In this document: piece by piece, positions 29,701 through 43,000 of the stretch
How the letters are laid out: each line of letters starts with the position of its first letter
Numbering within the stretch: the first letter of the stretch is position 1
Assembly: GCA_965644265.1 (NCBI GenBank)
Contig: OZ286475.1
Span: 72,974,001 to 73,038,000, forward strand
Direction: 5' to 3'
Source of the DNA: Glycera tridactyla
Taxonomy: Eukaryota
Length of the DNA stretch: 64,000 bases
Notes under the pieces: generated by a model
What the model saw: the letters and a program-made list of their open reading frames with translations, nothing else
What the model was told of the DNA's origin: nothing
Database searches by the model: none
Program-made: the position numbers and the translations under genes

Positions 29701-32700
29701 TATCTTCTGGTATGGTACACAGTACCTTGTTGATGTCAATGATGCTGATGATACTACTACATCTGACTGGAGATACTGCCAGCTGGATGGTGAGTATTGG
29801 CGCATGGGCTCTAGGATGTGTGGAGTATATTATATGAGCCGGAAGGTATATTATAGACATGCGACCCAGGTCATCACAAAATCATTGGTATCTTCTGGTA
29901 TGGTACACAGTACCTTGTTGATGTCAATGATGCTGATGATACTACTACATCTGACTGGGGATACTGCCAGCTGGATGGTGAGTATTGGCGCATGGGCTCT
30001 AGGATGTGTGGAGTATATTATATGAGCCGGAAGGTGTATTATAGACATGCGACCCAGGTTATCACAAAATCATTGGTATCTTCTGGTGTGGTACACAGTA
30101 CCTTGTTGATGTCAATGATGCTGATGATACTACCACATCTGACTGGAGATACTGCCAGCTGGATGGTGAGTATTGGCGCATGGGCTCTAGGATGTGTGGA
30201 GTATATTATATGAGCCGGAAGGTATATTATAGACATGCGACGCAGGTCATCACAAAATCATTGGTATCTTCTGGTATGGTACACAGTACCTAGCTGATGC
30301 TGATGATGCTACTACAACTGACTGGAGATACTGCCAGCTGGATGGTGAGTATGGGGGAGTGTGCTCTAGGGTGTGTGGAGAATTGTATATATTGCCGGAA
30401 GGTATATTATAGACATGCAACCCAGGTCATCACAGAATCATTGGTATCTTCTGGTATGGTACACAGTACCTTGTTGATGTCAATGATGCTGATGATACTA
30501 CTACATCTGACTGGAGATACTGCCAGCTGGATGGTGAGTATTGGCGCATTGGCTCTAGGATGTGTGGAGTATATTATATGAGCCGGAAGGTGTATCATAG
30601 ACATGCGACTCAGGTCATCACAGAATCATTGGTCACTTATTGTTTGGTGAACAATACCTGGCTGATGAAGATGATGCTACTACATCTGACTGGGGCTACT
30701 GTCAGCTGGATGGTGAGTCGAATGCAGGCACTAGGAGTGACTTGTATGTCGCACATAACTTGTGTAGTATCTCAGTTGGAGTGGAAGCCAGGCAAGTACA
30801 GAATACATTATCTGTTGTGTCACATATAGTTTTTATGATCAAGACAATGCAACTTTTTCTGACAGGGGCCATTGCCAGCTAAAAAAAAGTGGCAGAGTAT
30901 TGGAGCATCATATTGGATGGCTTATTTTCAGCCTTTTCTATCCACATTGGTCACCATTGTAAGTTTTTCACTAAGTTTGCCCTCACTAGAGTCACCCCCG
31001 AGTAAGTAATCTGTTTCTCTCCCCTTCAGGTGTCTGCACTGTGCAATCCTGGTGTGATGGTAAGTGAAAGCTAATATTTCATATCTGATCTGATTGTGTA
31101 TTAAACCATTTGGCCCTATGAATCAACAGATGTATACAGATTGCCCCCTCTCTTCAGCTCTGGTTCGCCCTTTTGGCTCCTATCTCCCATACATTCCCTC
31201 CCTCACCCACTCACTTACCTACTTACTCACCCACTCCTTCCTTCATCTCCTCACTCACCCTTTTTCTGTCAATTTGCTACTCACCCGAGCAGTTCTCCCC
31301 ACACTCCTTCCACTTTCCATACTTAATTTCTGGGACTCCCATACTCACTCATTCCACCACTTACTGACTCATAAGTCTTCTTTCTCAGTCACTCCCCTAT
31401 TGCTCCCTTTCTTTCTTCACAATACCATACAGTGATACGTCTCAAATAGTGCCAAATGCCATACTATCTGCATACTTCACCCCTAGCCCTTATTCAAATG
31501 TTAGTTGGTTAACCATCTGTCAGACAACCATGCTGTACCTGCATTCTTTTTTCCCTGCATACTTTCTGTATATATTGTATATAATGTTGTTTTCGTTGCT
31601 TATTTTGGTCTCATCGGTTCTGGAGGTATCTGGTTTTCAGATATTGAACCTTCTTGTGAGAGTAAATAAAGAATTAAATTTTTTTTATTCTGATTGGACC
31701 TTGTTTTCTCCAGGTGAGGCAATATGTGAGTCGCCAGCATGTCCAGGTAAGATTGACTCTACCTGTCACAACACTGATCAATAAGTAAATGTCATCAGTT
31801 GCTATGTAGATACTCCATTACATGATTTTCTTAAAGACATTGGGCTTTTTCGAAGGATATGAATCATGAACATGCTTGCCCAGTGCACGCCGACTGGGAA
31901 ATAAACGCCGGCCGTTTGAGTATGTGTTGATGTTTCATGCACGTAAAAGATCCACTGTTGTTTTTCGAAAAGAGTAGGGAATTGCGGCCGGAACAGTGCT
32001 CCTTTCTTCAGCTGATAGTTCATTTTTATTGAGAAAAATTGAAAAAATGAAATAGAAAATGAAAAAGTACATTTTTGATTATATATTTTCCAACCCAATA
32101 TTTATTTCCTGGATACAATGATTTGTAGAGAAGAGTAAGTCAATAGTACAATAGAACACTTCAGTCCGATATGACCCATTTGGTGTTGAAAGGACGTTAA
32201 AGAAAGATCAATCAATCAAACAACTCCATTACATGGAGAAAGGGTGACCAAATGATGAGTATTTCTCAGCCCTCATAAAGCTTCCATTGTAAGCAGTTTG
32301 TGATACAATTCACCGCAACATCGATGTGACTGCATTTCTAGGAGAAAGGTTCAAACACATCAAAATTTGTGTGCTTGAATGTAGATTTTCGGCACATGAG
32401 TTCTCAATATTACAATGTTGGAAATATGAAAAAAAAGACAGGCCATCCATGGTAGTGTCTATGCTGCAGGCACATTGAATATCTATGCTGTAATTTTGGA
32501 AAGACTAGGTGATTTTCCCAACATGTGCTCTTCTCTCCAACTAACGGTATTATTTTCAACAAATCAATGCCACCAGTGAACAAAGGAAATAAGAACAAAA
32601 CGGTAATCATGTGATAGACCACATTGATTCAAGTCCAGGTATTGTCTCATACAATATATTTGACAATGGATCTATTCCAAGAGGCACCCGGATGGAGAGA

Positions 32701-35700
32701 CGCTGATCATCACTCGTACTCAATCGATCAGTCAGTCAATCAATCAATCAATCAATCAAAACATGCCCAAGCTTCTCATTCGTAATTATACAAGTGGACC
32801 CAGTCCTTCTTGCTATGGTTTTTCCTCTGGAAATTCCATCGACTTAGAACACCCATTCAATAATCAGTCTCTTTGAACTGACTTGGGCCATAGAATTCTT
32901 AGGCATCATTGTCAGAATGAACTTAGCCCCATGGACTGTTTTTCAATACACCTAGGAAAACTATATTCATATGGTAGCAACCTGAAGATTCATATTAAGT
33001 CTTCATTACTTTTCAGTGCCCACACTCGGTGGTAATGATGGAGGCATAGAGTGTGTATTCCCCTTCATATATGAAGGGGTTGGATACAAGACTTGTGTAA
33101 CTGGTGGGTTAGATGTTGTGCCCTGGTGCTCTACTACAGACAACTATGATGAGGATGGACAGTGGGCAAACTGTATAGGTGAGTATATGCTAGATATAAG
33201 TTTTTAGAACCACTAATGTTCCCAACAAGAGCGCAAAGTTGCACTGAGTGCTCTCCGGTGAGTCTTGGCGAATTTCTTATGGCCATAATGCATCGCAAAA
33301 AGTTCGTCCAATCGCCGTCATTTGTGCGAGTGCTGATCTATGATTGGCTGGTTTTACACACGCTATCTACATTTTCATTCATGAATCGGTGCAGTGATCC
33401 ATGAAACCCGGTAATGAGGTGCGAACAAGAAGCACTACTTTATCGACCAAAATACAGATTTTTCGAGATTTATGCATGGATGTCCAGGAATCCATTCATA
33501 TGAACGTTCCAACTGTGAGTTCTAGAGAGAGAGATACAGAGAGAGAGACAGAGAAACAGAGAGCTACGATTTGGCGAAAGTAGTCCCGGTTCCAAACGTA
33601 ATAAACATGTCAACATCGAAGTGGGCGTGCCCAAAGAGCTTGATTGACACCTGCCTCACATGCATTTACTATTTGTGCGTAGCTATAAATCTCTGAGCAG
33701 TCGTATCTGTGTGCTTCGGTGATCGGCCACAAAAACGAATAGAAGGAGAAATGCCCACTACGTGATCCCTACATTTCCTTGAATTGTCGTTCACGCAGAT
33801 CAATAAATCATGTTAAAATTGTGTTAGATTAGATCATTCGATCCTACTACACAGATCCGATCAAGATTCGTTTGATTATATCGGCCTCGAGAGTCAGAAT
33901 CGGCGAAGGTAGAAAGCATTTCGAGCAGAGAGGTGGTAGCATAGTGATCTCCAACGGAGATCACAAAAACGAGGATCATTCATGATAAAATAGGTAAATC
34001 ACAAACAGTATGGCAGTATTCTCATGTACAATTCTCAGTTTGAATATATTTCTCCCTCCTGGTGGCTTGACCATAAGAATAGAACATGATGATGACGATA
34101 CCAGTATTCTCCAAGGGTCAATATTGGTATATTTGAAAGAAAAAGGGATATGATCAGTATGAAAGTAAGTAGGGGGACATATCATTGTGGGTCGCTTATT
34201 ATGCTGGAGCCAGTTCCTCAAAACATTCATCTGATATGGTAAGGACATAGAGGGAAGGATTTGTAAACACAAACTCATTCTTGTGTTGAAGATGTGAAAC
34301 ATCTCACTCTGTCTACAATGTTTTTGGACATCCAAGGCCAATTTCACAAGAGATCTTTGAGCTCTTGCTCAAAACTGGGAAATCCTCTCACTAATCACAT
34401 GATTTTTTTGTAGTGTATTCTTCACGTGACGACATGCCATGTGTGTTCCCATTCGAACACCAGGGTAAAATCTACTACGACTGCACAGACCAGGGTGGCA
34501 CGGAAGGAATCTTCTGGTGTGGTACACAGTATCTGGCTGATGATGATGATACTACTACAGCTGACTGGGGATACTGTCAACTGGATGGTGAGTACGGGGG
34601 CATGGGCTCTAGGATATGTGGAGTATATTATATGAGCCGGAAGGTGTATTATAGACATGCGACCCAGGTTATCACAGAATCATTGGTATCTTCTGGTGTG
34701 GTACACGGTACCTAGCTGATGATGCTGATGATGATACTACTAAATCTGACTGGGGATACTGTCAACTGGATGGTGAGTATGGGAGCATGGGCTCTAAGAT
34801 GAGTGGACTCTCATATTTAAATAGGGAGGTCTATCATAGGTCTACAACCAAGGATGTTACTGAATAATGTGTGACACAGATTTATTCTTAATAGGTTGAT
34901 TGAGTGATCGATTGAAATGATGNNNNNNNNNNNNNNNNNNNNNNNNNNNNNNNNNNNNNNNNNNNNNNNNNNNNNNNNNNNNNNNNNNNNNNNNNNNNNN
35001 NNNNNNNNNNNNNNNNNNNNNNNNNNNNNNNNNNNNNNNNNNNNNNNNNNNNNNNNNNNNNNNNNNNNNNNNNNNNNNNNNNNNNNNNNNNNNNNNNNNN
35101 NNNNNNNNNNNNNNNNNNNNNNNNNNNNNNNNNNNNNNNNNNNNTGATCTTGATGTTGTTAGTATTGTTTGCGGAGGTGTTGATGAGGATGAGTAACTTT
35201 CTTGAGAACTGACTCACGAATTCTCTCTAGCCATCATCATCAAATGTATTATTTTCAACATTGCAACCTTCTGAGTGCTATCATAAACCTATCAACGAAG
35301 TGAAATGATCTTGGTAATACATGTATCTAGTCTGATGGGTCAAAGTCCACATGGTATGGAAATTGGGCCGATAAGCAAATGAACCGATTCGGTTCACTGA
35401 CCATCTAGTTGTGGCGCTGACTATCGACCAACACAACTTTTTCAAATATTACAACTGCTCATACAGAAAAGTCCTTTCATATTCATATCATGATGGCATG
35501 AGATCACATGGTAGATCAGCAGGTGGGATATGATCCATTCTACACAGTCTCCATGCATTCTTGTTTGTACTGCAGGTGTGTGTAGGACGACGACCTCTAC
35601 AACACAGCCTAGTACGACACCCGAATATGCTATACCAACAGGATGCTATGGTACGTCCTCGAAATAGACATACTTAACATGGATGCATAACACGCAATCA

Positions 35701-37013
35701 TGGAAGAGTTCATATGTAATATATTGGGGTTTACAGAAGTGTCACTCATTGCTGATTTGATAGGACTCGACAAGGTTTCAAATCGAGTCCTCTATGCTTG
35801 CCTTGGCAAAAGTCTCAAATTGATAGCATACCAGTTTGGAGTTTGGAGAAAAAAAGATAGAATCACCTCCAGAGGCGAGTATTCTCCCTCCATAATTCTT
35901 TTGTGCTGCAATTTCATCAACAGAATCTCCTGTTATCTTCCTATATGACTGTGGAATTCCATCATAAGTTCCAGGCAAGACTCACACCATCTCAAGAGTG
36001 AGAAATAGTGAAAATTAAACAAGATAGCATCCGATATACCATCACAATGCATTCGGTTATCCATATACTTGAGCGTCATATCTGTAGTGACAAAGCAGAT
36101 TGTCTGTTGATAAATCAGTTTGGAATCTATGAGAATCTATGTCTCATAATAACTTTTGTTTGGGAACTATGACTGTCTATGTCTTGTTATGGATTTGGTC
36201 TTGAATTGTACCCGCACATTTGCTGGAGAATTTGGAAATTCCAGTAGATTGCAGTGACACCTAGATTTGAAGTAATTTATGACAATTAGAGCCAAACCTG
36301 CTCTCAAGACCACCTCTCTATGAAGACCACCTCTCTATAAAAGCTACATTGATGTTGCGACTGTGTTAGTATCTTTAACAGTAAATGATCTCTCTATGAA
36401 GACCACCTGCCACTTTATGATGCGCCCAGAAGCTGTCTTAATATACAGGTTCAACTGTATGAGGTTCTCGCTTAAGATAATAAAGGTGGTGGTTGTGGAT
36501 TGTTGACGCTTGCACTCATAGACCAGATCTATCTGTCAATATAAGATTCGTGTTTGATTTTAGTTCGGACAACAGGAGGCACCGCACCAGAAGGCAGTGA
36601 CTGCTTCTTCCCTTTCATCTATGAAGGGCGAACATATGATACCTGCACTGATGATGGACGCAGTCAACCCTGGTGCTCCACAGAGGAGGACTACCAAGAC
36701 AACCAACTCTGGGGCTACTGCCAGAGTGAGTATGCCTCTCATTCGACTCTGCTATGTAAACTTTGAATTGATCAAATGATACTATAGCAAGAAATCATGG
36801 AGTATGGTCCCGACTGGTTATACACCACAAGTTGTGTTTTGGCTGAATAATCCATGAGGCCGAACCACAACTTATCATGCTTCTTGAAAGCTGTTAACCT
36901 ATCTGAGTGAAATTCAGTTTATTTGTTGATACCATCTATACCATCATGGACCCCATCTATAGAACATACGGGAGATACAATATAAAACAAACATGAGTAA
37001 GTCATGCCTCGAC

Positions 37014-37093
<80 letters not shown>

Positions 37094-40000
37094 TTTGATT
37101 CGACTATTGATGGAATGGTCTATTATCTTTACAGTTTACTGTGGAACACTCCCAGCGTGCCCTGGTGAGTGTTTTTCTCATTTGTCAAACAGGACTATTG
37201 CTAGCTACATGATGATTGCCTGTAAATGATTTTCTTCATATAACAGATGATCCACTGGTGTTTGAACCTACCATTATTGCAATATCATTATTGAGTGTAT
37301 TCATTCCTTCAAGAAATAGTGTAAAGGAGGGAACTCCCTCTAGTTGCATAACATATAGGAGAAACATCAGGCATGGTATGTTCACCACATACTGTATCAT
37401 TCTCTCGGTCATTACCTCGCTCACACACATGCACACACATACACCTCAATCCACTGATCCATCCATCCATCCATCCCCTAAAAAAAGATACATGCGTCAT
37501 TGTTGAGTTTAAATTGGATGAGATGGTTTGCTGCCCAGCGAATAATAGACCTGAACTTCCGAAGAGGTATATCTACTATGCTGTCATCTATTTCTCACAC
37601 TGATGGATTTAGCACATCTTACTTTTCAGTTCCGACAATAGGTGGTAATAGTGATGGCCAAGCGTGTGTATTCCCATTCTCGTACAATGGGATTCATTAC
37701 AACTACTGCACAACAGGAGGACCCAGTCCCACCCCCTGGTGTGGAACCACATCAGACTTTGATGCTGATGGACAGTGGGCTTACTGCATAAGTATGTATC
37801 ACTGCATTTATTCTCTGTATTCAATTGAATACATCACCAAAATTCTATGTCACCAGATTCCTATCTGGTATCATATGGGCTTTCTTCACCAGGCTTTTAC
37901 CTCCTCCTCAAGATGCTAATCAAAGGAAATCTTACTCCATCTATATGACGTAATATAGATAGATCGAATGGTTGATCGATTGATTGAGCAATCGATTGAT
38001 TGAGCATGTAGTGAAGGCAAGCCTATTATAACAGTCCAACGAAATATGGATGCATTTTATAGCACGGAATACAAAATTGCAGTTTACAAAATTTGAATAG
38101 TACATTAGGCTGCAATTGCTGCATGAACGATGCCATCATTCACTTTGATTTTAGTGCCCATAGAACAGAACATTGATAGGTATATCCAAGTTCAAAATCG
38201 TAGCTGTTTCACTAATTCATGCTTTACAAACACACAAATTTGTTGACAGGCCTTCGGCTAAATATCCCCAAATCAATCTGTACTCTTCTATATCACATGC
38301 GTCCCTGTGTCCACAATTCCCTGTAGAGCACACAGCCTAAGAATCAGTGATCATACAACCAAGAAGCTTCACTATTACTAATGAATACATTTTGAAAAGC
38401 TTGACATTTCTGATGATGGTCCATATTTTGTTTATTGTTTTAGCTTCATTTGATTGCTGATATATTTTCCTCAATGTTTTTTCTCACATGATTTACTTAT
38501 ATTCACATATTTCACTTCATTCTTCACGAAATTATCTCCCCTCTGTGTACCCCTTTCTCTCATCTCATCATCTACTACTATTAATTAGGCATTATTTTTC
38601 TCACATACTATTGTCGACATGGGTTCTCTTTCCATATAGCTTCAGTTATTCGCTGTTTTCTTTACCGCAATTCTTTCCTCACATTTTAGTTATATTCACA
38701 TATTTTAGTTTATTCATCACGAGACAACCTCCCCTGTGTGTTCCCATTCACACATCTCGGCATCACCTACTACTCCTGTACTGATGAGGGAGGCACAGAA
38801 GGCATTCTCTGGTGTGGCACCGTGTATGTGGCAGATGATGATGAAAGTACAGCCTCAGACTGGGGATATTGTCTAATGGATGGTGGGTTGAATCTTACTG
38901 ATGACAAAAGAACGAAATCCAGTCTATTTGCTCTCATCACGATAGTCAATGAGAATATTGTGGCCAAAGAAGAGAAAGATGAAGTGGTAGATGTATAGAT
39001 AGTAAGATGGATAGATAAAGGGAGAAAGATAGATTGATAGTGAGAGAGCGAGCGAGACAGAGATGAGTATAAATAAATATTTTCAGATCAAAATGTAAGC
39101 TCGGTGATGTGAGATCTAAGAACACTGTTGCTAGGTTAGTGGTAGCACCATATCCAGTGCTTGCGAACTGGACACAAGGATTTTCCTTCTCATCTACACA
39201 CGGACATGCAATTACATGAGAGGAGGGTCCCATACTCAATCACAGGCAGACGTTTGCATCTAACCGAAATTCGACTACTCACTCAACAGAAGCCAACAGT
39301 CGGTTTTGGAACCTTTTGGACCTCGACTGTGCTATTGAGCTTAGATAGGATATGTCAGTTGAAACTATCGAACACGAGTTGTAGAATACATGAAGAAAAA
39401 TAGCAGTAAAACTGGCTTAGATTCATTTCCATCGGAACATATCTTTCATTTCTGAAGGGGAAGGAAATTATACTGTGATCCAGGTTTTATTGGGACCTAT
39501 TATTGTTCCTATAATTTTTTTCAAATGAAGATTTGAATGTAATCTGAGTCATGATCACTTCCTTAAATCACATGGAGTCTGCACCTGGCAAACAACATAC
39601 GATAGCATCACCTTGCTAAAAGAGTCTTAACTGGTTTCATTGCAGGTGTATGTACAACCACAACTGCGGCACTGACCACTTCGTCCACTGCATCCACCAT
39701 ACCACCAGGCTGTTATGGTCAGTACACGGTCCTTAATTTCACCATATTGATCACTGACAAATCCAACATTGCCTGAGCATGAAAAAAAATACATACTAAG
39801 AGTAGGTCTCTTAATCTTTAATTGAAATCTTTTAGTCAAAAATAATAAGAGACTACATTCAGCATGGCAACTGGGATACATGGTCAGTATAAATGTTCTT
39901 GGCCCATTCTCTCACCCTCATTAGGCTCTAGCCTGCTTTAGCAAGCTTCGAAGCAAGCTTCGAAACGTTTTCGAAATGGACTATACAATATATATAAAAC

Positions 40001-43000
40001 AATTACTTCACATTGACATCATGTATGTGGATGGTTTGTTAACATTTCCTGAGCTCCAATTGGGCTACTTTCTGATGGGCATACTGTCTGTAGAATGGAC
40101 TAAAGTTAGACTTTCCAATCTTGGTCCACAACAGGTGAAGGTCCATGAAAGTGGTATGCAGCGAAGGTGTCAGTTGTCTCAAAATTAGCTTCTGTTTTCT
40201 TTTCAGTCAAGACGATAGGTGGTAGTGCCCCTGAAGGCAGTGATTGTTTCTTTCCCTTCATCTACGAAGGGCAAACATATTCGTCCTGCACTGATGAGGG
40301 ACGTGACCAACCCTGGTGCTCTGTAGAGGAGATCTACCTGGATAATCAACTCTGGGGCTACTGTCGAGGTGAGTTATCCACTGGATTGGTTTCTGATGTT
40401 TATAGAAATGATTTGTCCGTAGGGAAAATCTCAAAAAATAATTCGCCATCATCTTGTGTTCAGGGTTTGTGAAAGAGATGTCTGCAGGGGGGCATATAGT
40501 TCACCAACCAGGAACACATGCCATACATAACCCTAGGATATATATATATGCCGTCACTCTACTGCTGACATGAATGTCCCTGCAATATGAGTGGTAAAAA
40601 TGCCTGAAATCCCTAATAAACTTGATTTGAAGATGTAAGAATGTCAATACTCAATACATTCATTTGAAAATACAAGATACATGAGATAATGCTGAGTGAA
40701 AACTATTGGTTGTCGTGCTGCAGAAAGGATTCGTATCAACCAAATTCAACTTAGATTTTAGCTCTTCATATTACCTATAATTGGAATTTATTATGACCAC
40801 CCTGCTCCAATGTCCAATATGACGATTTTTGGCTTAGGAATCTCGCCAACAAAGGCCGCATCAGCAGCATAATAGTATCAGTAATGAAACTAGTAATGGT
40901 GGTGGTGGTGAAAGGAGTGATAGTAGTAGTCATAGTATTGATAGTGGGATAGGGTTAGTGATAACACTTGTAGTAGTGGTGGTAGTGATAGTGATTGTAG
41001 AAAAAAACAGAAATCATTGCAGTAGTAGTAAAAGAGATGGGAGTAGAAAAAAATAGTGGTAGTCGTCATAATAGTAGCAGTCATGCAAGTTGAGTTATCA
41101 GCAATAGCGATAGGAGCAGTGGTAGGAGTATTACCTGAATCAATGGCGATAATAGGATGAATGTCTGCATTTACAGTCTACTGTGGGATGCTGCCACAAT
41201 GCCCTGGTGAGTACTTGTTTCTTTTTCACCATACCTAAATACATTTTGGAATTAGGTCTCCTCAATCATATCCATATTCATGGGAACTACTCCTTCACAA
41301 TCTGATATTACTCACGAGAAAAAGGAATGTTGATAGAGTTGTTTAGACGGCCCATTCAGACGTCACATATTTGGCTCTATCGGCAACCAATCTATTTTTT
41401 CTTCACAGCACCATGCCGCCTGCGTCTTTCAATACTGCTTGATTTGTTATGTCATAGGTTCTGCCCAATTACTGAGCCATCAATATTGGATGACCGATAA
41501 CTGCCAGGCTTTATTATTTACATGTAGAGAAATATTTTGATTTATTTTATGCCTTTTCAGTACCAACCACAGGTGGAAATAGTGAAGGGCAGCCATGCGT
41601 GTTTCCATTCTTGTACAATGGGATTTACCACAACTACTGCACAACAGGAGGACCCAGTCCCACCCCCTGGTGTGGAACCACATCCGACTTTGATGCTGAT
41701 GGACAGTGGGCTTACTGCATAAGTATGTATCACTGCAATTATCCTCTGTATTCAATTGAATACGTCACCAGAATTCTATGTCAACAGATTACTATCTGGT
41801 ATCATATGGGCTTTCTACACCAGGCTTTCACTGAATCATCGAGATGCTCATCGAAGGAGAATTCACTCCACTCAAGCCTATTATACCAGTCCAACGAAAT
41901 ATGGATGCATTTCAAATTAAATATTTTGATGGAATTCTTCATCACTGCAATTACATATTTCTCTTCACATGGACTCTCCAATTTGGGCTCCACTATCCCT
42001 GCCTCAAGATGCAAATAGAAGGTGGCTTTACTCTTATCAGTGGATATAGATGTCGATCTGAAAAGTGGTTGCTCGATCGATTGATTGATTGATTGAATAA
42101 TGGATTGAGTGAGTAAGTGAAGGAATCAGGCCTATGATAACAGTCTTGGTGTATACTAGCAAATCACGAAGCTCAAAACACACAATGCAAATATCATTAG
42201 TATATTGATATCAGCGATCAAAGTATATTGGGAAACTGTTGCTGCATGGAAAACTGAATTTGCTGTATGATGCATTTCATACAGAACTTGTGCATCAAAT
42301 TCCAACCTCAACCTACTTCTTTTCCCCTGTTAACCCTTCTTCGAGTGTTGAACAATATTTGTAACGAGACCTCGGCCAGAATATCCACAAACAGACCTGT
42401 AGTGTCCTATATCACATGCTTTCCTGTGTCCACAATCCTCTTTGGAACACATTGCCCATGTATCAGTGATCACATAACCTAGAAATCTTCAATATTACTA
42501 ATATATACATGTTGAACACTTTGACATTTCCGCTGATAGTCCACCTTTGGCGGCATTGATTCTTTTATCCTATCACTTAAGTTATTTGCCGTTTTTCTTT
42601 CCCTCACTTTTCTTCTCTCACTTTAGTTACATTCACATATTTTAGTTTATTCATCACGGGACAACCTACCCTGTGTGTTCCCCTTCACCCATCTTGGCAT
42701 CACCTACTACTCATGTACTGATGAGGGTGGCACAGAAGGCATTCTCTGGTGTGGCACAGTGTATGTGGCAGATGATGATGAAAGTACAGCCTCAGACTGG
42801 GGATATTGTCAACTGGATGGTGGGTTGAATCTTACTGATGACAAAAGAACGAAATCCAGTCTATTTGCTCTCATCACGATATTCAATGACAATATCTCGG
42901 CCAAAGAAGAGAAAGATGAAGTGGTAGATGTATAGATAGTAAGATGGATAGATAAATGGAGAAAGATAGATTGATAGAGAGAGAGAGCGAGCGAGAGAGA

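Noticed and set aside
28961-30829. Repeated [10 protein letters not shown]... and MSIIYLPAH... ORFs
   Set aside because: Alternative frames of the half-exon array.
37792-37919. Similar peptides after A5-A9 donors (SMYHC...) as alternative C-termini
   Set aside because: Explained by paralogous intron sequence; lengths and stops differ between copies.
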